This document shows positions 33,166 through 44,826 of a stretch of DNA of 64,000 bases, one piece after another. The DNA lies in the NCBI GenBank assembly GCA_001599295.1, contig BCGN01000010.1, forward strand, positions 248,001 through 312,000. Reading direction: 5' to 3'. The translations under genes and the position numbers were made by a program. The stretch comes from Sporopachydermia quercuum. Its lineage: Eukaryota. The notes beneath the pieces are model-generated. The model saw only the letters and a list, made by a program, of their open reading frames with translations, was not told the DNA's origin and made no database searches. Numbering within the stretch: the stretch's first letter is position 1; the number at the start of each line of letters is the position of its first letter.

Positions 33166-35910
33166 CTATAACCCGGTCAACATTTCCAGCATCTTTTTAA
33201 CACTTTCCTTCAATGCTTTATTCTGATCATCCTTATTGTCCATTCCAAGTACTTCACCATAAAATTTGAATAACTGCTTGACGGAAGATACATCTGCGTC
33301 TTTCCTCTTCTCCTGGTATTTCTCTAGAATTACCTTAGAAAACTCCCTTTCATGATTAGCTAAAAATGACAGTATAATTGCTTTGACTAACATCAATTCA
33401 TGATTTGTTCCGGAAGATGCATCTTGAAAGATTTGAGAGCTGAAAGTATTGAAAATTTCCAAACTTTGATTGACATCAACCAAAGAATTAGCAAGAATTG
33501 CCCTACAGATTGATTCTATTCCTAACGATTCTCCCATACCCTTAGCTTGTTCAACTAACGCATTGACTTCATCTGTTAAACCATTACTTGCATAGATTTT
33601 GATTTTTTCACTCATTGAGGCACCGTCAGGTATTTGTATATTCAAAACATTATCGGCAACATTACTGATTTCGTCTTCAACAATTTCCGTATTCTCTTTA
33701 TCATCTCCAGTTTTCTTATAGTAGCGCTGAACAGATTTGAATTTGTTGGCAATAGCACTGTTAGGATACGACCCATTATAACCAATAGAATCTAAGCTTT
33801 TCATACAATTAAAAACGATGGTAGAAGGAGAATTCTTAGAAATCATTTCACAAGAATCCAATACACTATCAACACATTGTTCATTGATAGGTACATCGTT
33901 CAGAAACATATGTCTTAATAAATCAAGAGCAGATGTGTATAATTCCTTATTATTGAAAAACAAAAACAATTTGCTGTAATCATTTGAATCAGGAACAGAG
34001 TGTAGAGATTTATATTGCGAATACAAGAACTCTAATCCAATATCCTCTAAGACATTCAATTGCTGAGCTGCGATCATCAACGGAACAAAAATACCTGATT
34101 CTAGTGGTATATTATCGCTTATTTTTTCCTGTAGTAAAGCGAATAATTTATCCATAGCGCTCTTTTGCAAGAACTCATCAGTATTAACATTACCGGTATG
34201 TTCCATTTGGTTGATTTCACTTAATAATTTCTTTAGAATCGTTTGGTATAACGCCGGTGTTAATAAGACTCCGTCTTTAATTATTTGTTTATAAAAATCA
34301 AATGCTTCTCTATCTCTGCCCGGACTATATCTAACTAATTCGCAATAACCTTCACTATTAGGAACAAACCCCATGTTCCTAAGTGTATGCTCATGTTGAA
34401 CGGCATCAGCATAGCTATGTTGAGCAGAAACTATTAAAATCAAGTTCTCAACTTTGGCCAACATGTGTGGTAAAAGCATATCTTTTCTTTCTTGGATTCG
34501 ATCATAGTATTCCTTTGCAGTTGTATACTCCATGTTTTGTTCAAATCCAATCTCATCAATCATATCTTCTGTTTGGTACGTTCTTAGGCAATAAACGTTG
34601 TATAATCCTAGTATTTCCTCATCGATATGGGCTATGTTATGTACAGCTGCAGTGATAATATCATACACCGGCTTGGGAATAGTTATCTGTGTTTTGGTCA
34701 GTTTCCTAATAGATTCGATGAAGTAGTTCAACGAATCGCTGGTCAAATCACTTGCATTGTTCCTCGCAATGCAAGCCAAGCATGCTAATAAAGTCATAGA
34801 TTTATTCTGGAACAATCTACTATTTGATTCAAGTTCAATCTTTAGAATGGGAACGCAATAGTTCAAAAACTCGGTCAATACAGATAATATCGTCAAGTCA
34901 TGGCCAAAATTTGACTTGGAGATGATCATTTTATAGATATCTAGCAAGTTCCAACTTTCAATACTGAATTCTGGTGTCATTACTTTCTTGTTCAAAATAT
35001 CAAGCAATGAAACGAGTTTCGGAACAAACTTATCATTGTCGAATGATGAATTAGCAACAAAAAAGTTAAATATGCTTGTTGCTTCTGTTATATGCTCACT
35101 TGATAAAAGAAAAGAAGTCAAATCAATTGCAAGTTCTAAGTTCGGAAATACTCTTTGATGCCTATAATCTTTGCTAACAAGAATAACACCATTTATACTG
35201 TTTTGTTCCATTGATAAGTAANCAAAAGCCTTCCTTAACGAAGAAAACGTGTTATTGGAGTCAGGATTGTATTGGTTAACAGCAGTCTCATAAACAGATT
35301 TTGCTAATTGATACTCACCCAGTTCAATTGCTAGTAATCCAGTGTAATACAACGGTTCTGAAGGTAAAGCGAACAGATTTTTTTTCTTCAAAGCCAATAG
35401 AAAATCAGTCCCGACAGTAGGATCGAATTTATTGATCGCCAGCTGTAGATGGAATCTTGTTGCGAAGAGCAAATAATCTCGTTTTGATAATTTTGCATCT
35501 AGTTTAGTAAGGAGCAAGTTACATATTTCAAGGCTATCGCTATTGACGGCATCCTGAGCAAAAAGAATAATGATGCTTTCGTAGTCATTGATGAACTGGT
35601 CATAATGTAGCTGTTTATCCAAGGCAAGTTTAACATCAGTTGAAGAATTCGCCACTTTCAGTAAATTCTCCCAGTATTCAACAAATTCTGGTACTTTAGT
35701 TACAGGGGATATTAAGCTTGCTGTCTTTGATGTCTTTGGTTTCCTTTCAAGAAGAAACTGCTGAACATCAAGCTGCTTATACTTAGAATCATGAAAGCTT
35801 CTAGTAAAGGCCAATGGGGTTCTGCTGAGAAGCTTTGTTCTCAAGGACCTTGACAAAATACTTGGAACAATCTTAACTGTTCTGTTGTTTATCAGTAAGT
35901 TGTTTGTCAT
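33166..35910 (-). CDS. Mitochondrial pentatricopeptide-repeat (PPR)-like protein
   Basis: R/S/L-rich, acid-free N-terminus (presequence-like). PPR-like LRNMGFVPNSEGYCELV...EAFDFYKQIIKDGVLLTPALYQTILKKL and ALDLLRHMFLNDVPINEQCVDSVL. Puf3-type TGTAAATA in the 3' flank. Confidence 0.65.
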   Translation of the reverse strand: MTNNLLINNRTVKIVPSILSRSLRTKLLSRTPLAFTRSFHDSKYKQLDVQQFLLERKPKTSKTASLISPVTKVPEFVEYWENLLKVANSSTDVKLALDKQLHYDQFINDYESIIILFAQDAVNSDSLEICNLLLTKLDAKLSKRDYLLFATRFHLQLAINKFDPTVGTDFLLALKKKNLFALPSEPLYYTGLLAIELGEYQLAKSVYETAVNQYNPDSNNTFSSLRKAFXYLSMEQNSINGVILVSKDYRHQRVFPNLELAIDLTSFLLSSEHITEATSIFNFFVANSSFDNDKFVPKLVSLLDILNKKVMTPEFSIESWNLLDIYKMIISKSNFGHDLTILSVLTEFLNYCVPILKIELESNSRLFQNKSMTLLACLACIARNNASDLTSDSLNYFIESIRKLTKTQITIPKPVYDIITAAVHNIAHIDEEILGLYNVYCLRTYQTEDMIDEIGFEQNMEYTTAKEYYDRIQERKDMLLPHMLAKVENLILIVSAQHSYADAVQHEHTLRNMGFVPNSEGYCELVRYSPGRDREAFDFYKQIIKDGVLLTPALYQTILKKLLSEINQMEHTGNVNTDEFLQKSAMDKLFALLQEKISDNIPLESGIFVPLMIAAQQLNVLEDIGLEFLYSQYKSLHSVPDSNDYSKLFLFFNNKELYTSALDLLRHMFLNDVPINEQCVDSVLDSCEMISKNSPSTIVFNCMKSLDSIGYNGSYPNSAIANKFKSVQRYYKKTGDDKENTEIVEDEISNVADNVLNIQIPDGASMSEKIKIYASNGLTDEVNALVEQAKGMGESLGIESICRAILANSLVDVNQSLEIFNTFSSQIFQDASSGTNHELMLVKAIILSFLANHEREFSKVILEKYQEKRKDADVSSVKQLFKFYGEVLGMDNKDDQNKALKESVKKMLEMLTGL

Positions 35911-36679
35911 ATTAATATTGAGTCCATTGAATGATTTCTCCTTGCCATACGATGCTTATGAATAGCGAACGCCTGAAGAGATACAGAACTGGTTCTAGAC
36001 TATGGTATACTGATAACAATATTAGGCTGTAAATCCTGAATAGGGAACAAAATAATCAAAACCAAACAACCTCCTGTAATNGTAATTCAATTTCTATCTT
36101 ATTATACGTAAATAACGGCATAGATTTTTGTTCAATATGTTCATTATTCTTTTCCATATTTTATTCTTCTCATCCTGATTTATCCCCGTAACCGATAGTA
36201 GCTGGACTTCCGGTCTCATTATATGATTTTTCATGCTACAAGTGTCCGACTAAAGTGTCCGATATAAATGAGAAATTAATATGATTTTATGATCACGTAA
36301 AATATAAATATAATTAGGATTACATAATCATGGATTAGTGGTAACGAAGTAGAGCATTAATTAAATGAATTGTTTTTGTTTATATTCTTTGTTCTTTTCT
36401 CTCTTGGTTTTAGTATCTACAATAGAGCAAGTTTCCGCAGAAATTCACGNAGTTGTTGATGAAATACATCTCTTGCTTCAAATGTGCTAGAATCGTTGTT
36501 GTTGGATGTGTAGGAAGCAAACTTAACATCAGTCTAAACAGAGCGAAAGGGTTTGGTGCTTCTATAAGAGACGATCTACGCTAATTAAATGATGGCAAGG
36601 TTGTAACAATTAAAGAATCAATTTTAAGAACTAAAAATTAAATAAATGTATAAATAGGAACGGAAGACTATTTCGGGAC

Positions 36680-38326
36680 CTAAAATGAAAGACCATTGTC
36701 GACCTTTCTTTGAACCATCTTCCAATACATAGCTCTTTGTCTATATCTGATCTTAGGACCTGCCCAGATCATTATAATGAATGAACCAATACATGCCAAA
36801 CAAACAAAAGCAGCTTGAATGAAACAATCTTGAAAACCTTCATTAGTATACCAAGCAGTGATACCGTAATCAATACCGAAAGTCATAGCATTTCTGATCA
36901 AGACAATAACAGGCATACTTTCCATATCCATTTCCTTGTAAGTGTCAACAGAGTATGTTAATGCTGCTACACAACCCAAAATATTGAAACCACCCATGAT
37001 ACCTGCACCAATAACGAGACCAAACCAATGAATGCGATGGTAGAAGCCAACACCCCAAAGGATCAACGCGGCAGGTCCAACAATAGCGTATACTGAAAGT
37101 AACCACAATCTATCTTCAGCATAAGAGACACCACCTCTTCTCTTAGCAAGTTTAACCTTGATCCAATCAGCAGTCCAACCAGAATAGAAATAGCAAAACA
37201 CAGAGAAAATAACGGGNGATAAATAAACCAAACCAGTCATAGATGATGAAAAGTTATAAGGTGGCGAGTTGAATACAACAGCCAACGTAGCGTTTAATAC
37301 ACTATACCATAACAATGATGATCCGTATAAGAATCCACACCACAAGGTAACAGGAAATCTTGCCATCAAAAGAGGATCAATGGCGAATCTCCAGAGTAAG
37401 AATTTTGGTGCGTTCGTGTACAGTGCTAATCTTTCTTTCTTAGTTTTCATTGGAATATTATAATCAATATGACTTGTTTCTCCGACATAAATTTCTTCAA
37501 GAACTTCAGAATCAGAACTACCATTGACTTCTTTCTCATTAGCAGTAGAAACAGATTTTGCATTACCACCTTCAACAGTTTGTCTTGATGTGATAGCTAC
37601 AATATCAACAGAATCTTGGGTAGGATTCTCTCTAGAGTAGTTGGTTTCTTCTAAACAGAAAAAGATGAATATCCAGGCAATAGCAGAGAAAATTGAGGCC
37701 CAGTAAACTACCCATCTCCATCCCTGACCATCAGCAATAAAACCAGCAACCATAGGAGCAAAGTAATTAGAAGTGAATAAAGCCACAGCATAGATACCCA
37801 TGTATGTACTTCTCTCATGTTCATAGAAAATATCAGCCACAGTAACACCTGGTAAAGCTTCAATAGCACCACCGAAAAGTCCGATCAAAATTTTACAAGC
37901 ATACCATTCACCTGAGCTCTTAACGTAAACTTGCCAAATACATAGTAAAAAGACAGCGAGCGATGAGACTAAATAAACAGGTCTCTTGCCAAATTGCATA
38001 CCAAGGGGGAAAGTGAAGAAACAACTGATACCTAGGAACAAGAACATATAACCAGCACCATGAACCAAGTCCCCAACTGGAATACCCAGATGTACACTAA
38101 TATCTGTGATGACTGAGTTGATAGCTGTTGTGGGAATACCAATACAAAAGGTATAAACAACTATACAGAACATATGAAACCATTTTCTCTTCTGAGTCCA
38201 GTTCAAAGGATCATTTGGATCCTTTGATGGTCTTGGAACACAGATGATCTTTCCGTCTGCCGTCACATTTGCATGTTCGATCAAATGATCGGTTCCCGGA
38301 ATTGCTTCAAAATCTATTTCAACCAT
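36680..38326 (-). CDS. Major facilitator superfamily transporter (DHA1/HOL1-like)
   Basis: VPRPSKDPNDPLNW, FGKRPVYL, VADIFYEHERSTYMGIY, GWRWVVYW, LEETNY, AEDRLW. About 12 TM segments. Confidence 0.9.
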   Translation of the reverse strand: MVEIDFEAIPGTDHLIEHANVTADGKIICVPRPSKDPNDPLNWTQKRKWFHMFCIVVYTFCIGIPTTAINSVITDISVHLGIPVGDLVHGAGYMFLFLGISCFFTFPLGMQFGKRPVYLVSSLAVFLLCIWQVYVKSSGEWYACKILIGLFGGAIEALPGVTVADIFYEHERSTYMGIYAVALFTSNYFAPMVAGFIADGQGWRWVVYWASIFSAIAWIFIFFCLEETNYSRENPTQDSVDIVAITSRQTVEGGNAKSVSTANEKEVNGSSDSEVLEEIYVGETSHIDYNIPMKTKKERLALYTNAPKFLLWRFAIDPLLMARFPVTLWCGFLYGSSLLWYSVLNATLAVVFNSPPYNFSSSMTGLVYLXPVIFSVFCYFYSGWTADWIKVKLAKRRGGVSYAEDRLWLLSVYAIVGPAALILWGVGFYHRIHWFGLVIGAGIMGGFNILGCVAALTYSVDTYKEMDMESMPVIVLIRNAMTFGIDYGITAWYTNEGFQDCFIQAAFVCLACIGSFIIMIWAGPKIRYRQRAMYWKMVQRKVDNGLSF

Positions 38327-40742
38327 TTTGCAGAGCTAATGATATATTATTCGCCGATCTTTGGTTGTAATAGATTGGTTGTACTTTGGTTGTGTATTAG
38401 TTCAGCTTATAGAAGCAATAATTAAATAGATGATGATCTTCGTTAAATAGATCTACCAATTGGGAGCTCAAGGGTTTTTATAGACTGCTAGAAAGGTAAT
38501 GGGCTCGACTTTGTTTAATCAAATCTAAAAGGCAAGCAAGCAAACTATCATATCATATTCCGAACAATACAGTAACGATCAAGAATATAGCTAAGCGAAA
38601 GATATCATACCAAGCAATCGAATGTGAATTGATTTTATCATAACCGATAAATAAACACTCAAAAGCAAATAGTATAAGTTGATATGACTTAATAGAGTAG
38701 ATCTACAGGGATCTGTATAAAATCAAATAGACGTTGGAATAGCCGATCAATTTTTCTTAATTGATACCAGTGACTAAAGTTTAAAAATGTAACAAAGTCA
38801 AAGGCCTGAGCATAAATGAGTATCTTGAAACAATAGAGATGGCTGATATGACTGATACAGTAAAGTCTTAAGTGAGATTGTAAAGTTTCGATAACCAGGG
38901 CACTTNGAAATTGGAGAGAAAATTTGGAAGAGGGCGGGAGTGTCTAACTCTTTAGTTATCTTTGGTGTTGGTGTAACTATAGATTCAGGACATTCCTCGG
39001 ATTACTAGAAATGTTATATCGTAAACCAACTTGCTTGTTATCGTTGACGATAAAGTTGTCGTGATTGTTGAATTATACAAAACGTATGGTGAAATGATTA
39101 AAGAGATAGATAGATAATGATGAGGCTGTTGAAACTTTTTAAGGTTTAAAAAATAAAATACAGTTTACTCCAACGTTAACCATAACTCGAAATGCAAACC
39201 TTAATTCAACATATATTCCAAACTATGAAGACAAATCTATTGTGACAAAAATAAAGCATTTAACTTTCGATATATTGATTAAATGAATAAACTTAGGAAA
39301 AAAGAACAGTTGTTTTCTTTTAAAACGAATTACGATTTACGTAGTGATGGAAATCAAACCGTCTACTTTTCTTTGCCAGAGATGGAAGTTAGTACTCAAT
39401 AAACATATTATAGTTATCGCTAATTGCTTGAAACAAAGATTAAGTAAAACTCTAAATCTAACGATTAGCCATTTCTGGGTAACTTCAGGTCCTAGGNTCT
39501 CATTGGTAGTAAGTAGCAAGGAGCCAAGAAAACTAAGCTATTCAAACGATTATTAGCTGTTTCTGGTCTTAATATCAACTCAGTTTGCCTAATACAAGGC
39601 TATCACAGAATAACGGTGTTAAAATAGTCTATTGGAGTCGAGTTGAAGTCGAACTTTTAGCATGTTCTGTTCTTCGGATAAAGTTTTGGTGTTGTCGTCA
39701 TATATTGAATCATGTAAAAACAGAATAAAAAGTAATAGAGTGAACACTAATAATAATACTGTATTTCAATGTACCTAGTGTTCTCACTCGGTTGATGATA
39801 AAAACCGATAACCTATCAGAAATGTTACTCATTTAGGATAAGCGGCGCGGCTCTCCGAATGAGGATGTTTTATATGTAGGAATCAAGTGCAACTTTATTT
39901 CACAGGGACGTATGTGCTAAGAAGATATGGCATGGCTACTATATTTGGACTGGACCGTAGTTCTTCTAGGTTTTGAATCTAGTAATAATTTATTTAAAAA
40001 TATATTTCAGTTTAAATCAATGTTGCAAAGTTGAATGTGTTTGGCAGAGTTTTGAAAAAGCTATGATGCAACAGAAGGGCATACAATGTGTTCTTGAAAG
40101 GCTTTCTCATGTATGATAAAAGTCTCACAAATTTAAGGTAAAGTTAGCCAAACTATAAAAGGTTAATCTCTCACTATTAAAGTGACTATTGAGATNGTGT
40201 TCATTATGACAGGAAAAAAGAAACCTAATTAGAGGAACTTCGTTTTGATTTTACAAAGTTTTATTTCATATTTATTCTTTTAATACTATGTTTTTAATCA
40301 TTATCTGGATTTAAACATCTGCTTTAATTCTAGTTCCACTTGTATGGAACGTCTAATTTCATCAAAAGTCCTTACCATTCTCGAACGANAGCCTGGAACC
40401 CAGCTTTCAACCTTATTTCCAGCTCGTAAACTTAANGCTGGTTGATAAGAAGAAAAACAACTTCCATTCTCGTTCATTCATTTATTCATCACAGTTAATG
40501 TTACTGTCATCTTGGTTCACTATAGTAAACCATAGATGTGTAGGGTAGCTCAGTTCTGAATCAATCAGATTATCAAATGCGCTATCACCGCTTGTTGTTA
40601 TTACGAACAAAATTTCGATACATAGGTGGTCCCCTTCATCAAATAACCAGCACCTTTTCCCTAGACGCACATTTGATTAGAAAGTGAACTACCAAATCAT
40701 AAATCAGCTATCAAATCGACAGTGAATTNTCNATCATCAGTC

Positions 40743-43468
40743 ATGCTTTCTATGAAAGTATACAGNAATAGCCTGCCAAAGGTAAATAAAAGATCAAAAA
40801 GTGGTTGTTTTACCTGTATGTATAGATTTAATACGCATCAAGAATCGTAAAAAGAATTGAAACGAGTCTTCACGACGCTGTTAATGATAGTATACTAATA
40901 ATTTTTCAATTAGGTCGGCGGCGGAAGAAGAAATGCGATGAAATCCACCCAACGTGTGAAAGTTGTCTAAGGAGCGGACTTCAATGTGTCTGGCCGGAAA
41001 GCGGGAAACAGTCTTTATCGAAGAGTGACAACTTCAAGGTAGTTAAAACAAGGAAGAGCATTAAATTCCAGATAGTTCAAATGGACGAAAAAAGTGTGGA
41101 AGGAAATAATAATAATAGTAAAAACAAAAATAGCCATGGCGTGAAAGAAATGCCAAATTCAGGAAGGATCAATACTGAAAATGGTGTTTCAGCTGTAAAT
41201 AAGAACACCCACAAAAGTTCGGAGAGTGAAATCAGTTCTGAAGGATTCAAAGACAGTAAGGTTAACAGCAAATCAGCATTCACCAGTATCAAGAGCTCTC
41301 CTACTATCCATAATGACCCTGTCATTAATTCTGTTGACACGTCCGACAATACAGCTTACGGCTCGGAGTTCAAACAGTCTATCACACATTATACTGTTCC
41401 TTCTCCTGCTCTCCCTACTCCAGATTCTATATCAGACATTTTATCGGAAATAAAGTCTCAAGTTCAAAAGCCAACTCTTGGTGATGAAACAGTTATAGAC
41501 ACTGAGAGCCAGAATGAAAATGGTGTGATCAACTCCAAGGAAAAAGCAGTTCAGCGGGATATTAACTCGCCTTCATTGCAGCTTCTCTTGCTTAACGACG
41601 AAGACGATAGTGAAGATGATGATAAACTGAATACTATAAAATCTAATGAAACAATCATCAGCAGAGAAACAACTGATTCTTTAATTGCGGCCATCAACAC
41701 ACCTAAGTTTAATCAAAANTTCATAACCCCTTCCTCATCACCAAATTATATAAGCCTGGAAGACGATGTTTCCGAGGAACATGAATTTTCTGGTACACCA
41801 GATTTCGTCGAAATCAATACAGCGCCTTTGAACCTATCAAACAGTTCGGTGTGGTATGATTATTTCTCGGAGTCTGAAGCTGAATCCGATGTCGATGAAG
41901 GAAAAGTCAAATTAATTGATAATTCTGATAAAAAGGCGATATGGAATATAATCTACACGTCAAATTCACTGTCTGGATTCAGCAGCTGGATCCCTGGTAT
42001 AGCATTGGACAACTCTTCTGCCCTGTTTTATCATTCATACGTCAACTCATTCCTACCATCAGTTTCGCCTTATTGCTTTTCACCAGTGGCTCTTCTACCA
42101 AGGATGGTTTTTATTCCCCCTGGAGCTGAAAGCTCAATGCTACGTGAGGTCTTTTTCTCATGTGGGGCTTCTTTTTTAGCCGGTGTTAATCCTGAGTATC
42201 GTGCAATTGCTGAAAAACAAAATAGCGCATGTATCAAAGCAGTGCATGATGAACTGAAAAGCGCTTATGAAAGTGGTAAAGAAATTGGTAATAATTTATT
42301 AGTAGCTATACAGTTGTTAGCATTAAAGGAGAAACTATTCTCTGGCTCAGCTTTCAGAACTGTACTCCACCTATCGACAGTTTTTCATCATCTGACCCAA
42401 AAAGTCCGTCGTCAAACTGTCAGTTCTATTAAATGCCAGATTATACAGGAGCTACTTTATAATGAGGACGATAAAAAATACTATCCTCATCATTCATTAT
42501 GGGTTTCTCAAGATATAGTTCCGGTTGGGCCTGAAATTGAAGAGCTGGACGAACCAGTTCGTGGTTATGGAAGTCTTACAACAGCTAACTCTTATGGAAG
42601 TAATAGCAAGCCTAACTCTTACGAAAATGCAAACAATAAACTTAGTTTTAATAGGGGGTCTATCACCACCACTAACAACAATTCAGTACCTATGTTGATC
42701 ACTCCAAGTGAAAGAACGCTTATTGATTCGTTTATTTATAACTATACTGTTAGTATGATTTCTTGCAAAGATATAGACGTTTTTCAGTTGCCATCACCCT
42801 TTTCAGTGTTTGAGATTTATAAGAAATATGTAATCAGTGAATACGATTTCAAGCATCCTATAGTTTGGGTAAATAATGCGGTCGTTGGATGCGCATACGA
42901 ATCATATGAGTTTGCAGCGAAAGCATCATGGATTGCAAGATTGAAGATTCCTTTGCACCCGCATTGGTATGAAGCAGCATGGAATTTATGTCAAAGAGCT
43001 GAAAATTATGTTGCCCCTGAAATTCCTGAAGATATGGCTCAGCTGTTCAATAAGTTTCAGCTGGAATCTTTATATAATAGCAGGGAGATTAGTTATTGCA
43101 TGAGTAAGGCCAGTCTTATTTTACTGAAGAAACTACTTAATCCGACATTAGCTTCTGATAATGTGCAAATACAAGAAGCTATTGAAGATATAATAGTTAG
43201 AAGTCATAGAATTGATGACTCGTCTTTTTCAGGTGTATGTCTTTATTGGCCTCTGATAATTGGCGGAACCGCAGCAATCAAGCTAGAGCATAGACGTGAA
43301 ATTGTTAGAAGATGTCATCGCATACACTCTGTTATTCATGCAGTGAATTGTCAACAGATCAATAGATTTTTCAGTCACGTGTGGGGTGANGATGAGAGGC
43401 CAGGTCCTGGTTTGGATGCCTTACTCAATCGTACGATTATGGAAAATGTACTTGATGTGATTTTATAG
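40743..43468 (+). CDS. Zn(II)2Cys6 transcription factor with C-terminal fungal-specific (Fungal_trans_2-type) domain; 1 intron inside the zinc cluster
   Basis: Exon 1 is 40743-40815 (KRSKSGCFT), intron 40816-40913 (GTATGT..TACTAAT..TAG, 98 nt), exon 2 40914-43468 (CRRRKKKCDEIHPTCESCLRSGLQCVWP), in frame with the 41081 ORF. C-terminal LYWPLIIGG. About 875 aa. Confidence 0.9.
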
Positions 43469-43870
43469 ATTCATTTATAGCTTCAACCTAACTAAGAAGA
43501 AATAAATGGCTGCAAATAAAAAGAAACTAAACCCTGTTAAAGTTAATGGCGAAAAAGGTTAGCCGAGAATAAAGTTTATCTTTTATTTCCTGATATAGCA
43601 ATCAATGCGATATTAGATTTATAACGAATGTCAAAAAAAAAGAATGAAACAATGGTAGCGCTTTTTTTGTAGAAACTTACTGTTCAGGATTAGCAGAGAC
43701 TACAGAACTAAACTTCCCTAATTTGTTAGTTTATAGTTAGTTGTCTTTAGGGGCAAATAGTCACACTTTTTTGCAAGTCTGGTTCATTAGAATTAAGGAC
43801 TTGGTAAACCCTATGCTTGAACGTAAAGCCTATCAAACTTTAATGGTAAGCTTCGAACTTACTATCGCTG

Positions 43871-44554
43871 TTATCCTTTGATTTTCTTATACCTACCTAC
43901 TCTTTATCATGAAGCACTAACAGCGAGCGAGCTTCTGGATTTACATTTACATTTCTTGTTTCGGTATTTAACATTGATTATATGCGCTGAAAACTTACAA
44001 ATTATCATGGCATTGTTAAGCTTCCATCCTGTTTACCAGAATCAGAGACACGGAAGAAACTCTCTTTCCTTGGGTTTATCAGCTCTGCGTTATCACTTCT
44101 TTTGGTTATCATGCAGGTTTCGTACCTTATTATTTTATTGACATATTATTGATTTTTTTGTGGAGAGCTCTAATATTTCTCTATGACTTTTTGCTTCTCA
44201 GCCAATTAGGAAATTCTACTCGGCTATCATCTAGTGTTTGGGTGAACTACTGTACGGCCGATATATTACTAGGTTGTATACAGTATGAGGTAAGAACGAA
44301 ATGTATTAATTACTTGTTATTGATATATTGGATTCATGTAACGTTTGTCTAGATAAACAAAATTACTTACAAGAGCTAACCGGATAGATTCAAGAAAAAT
44401 AATCAGAAACTAAAATATTACGCTTATCACATAGGCTATTTACTTGATATGATATGAAACTCAATGATCAAATACATAGAGAGTACTAAGACTCTCTCTT
44501 TGAATATTGTGAAGTATTAAATTTTAGAAAACAATAGTAATGCATTCGCTTATC
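43871..44554. promoter_or_regulatory. GATA-factor (nitrogen catabolite repression) site cluster upstream of the amidase
   Basis: TTATC/GATAA at 43871, 43904, 44002, 44076, 44090, 44106, 44352, 44424 and 44550. Confidence 0.55.
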
Positions 44555-44826
44555 AGCTAAAGATATNGCCAGATTGTTAACAATACCCGGAATGGCTCTC
44601 GCTCTTTCCAATAACAATTGCACACTATTCCAGTATTAGGGTTTCTTCTAATGATATATTTAAAGAGTAGACATTCCGATTTGATTAATCTAATGATTTC
44701 AAGTATTGTTTGATACGAAAACTGAATCANTTACCTATTAGTGCAAGAATAACACTATAGTAATAAATCATCAAGGCAATCGAGTGTTTGAACATACACT
44801 AAAATCTCACACTCTCACTTCTTACA

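Noticed and set aside
39738..39789. Inverted repeat GAGTGAACACTA / TAGTGTTCTCACTC (MITE or snoRNA?)
   Set aside because: Short and bulged, single copy, with no target-site duplication or sno boxes. Compatible with chance.
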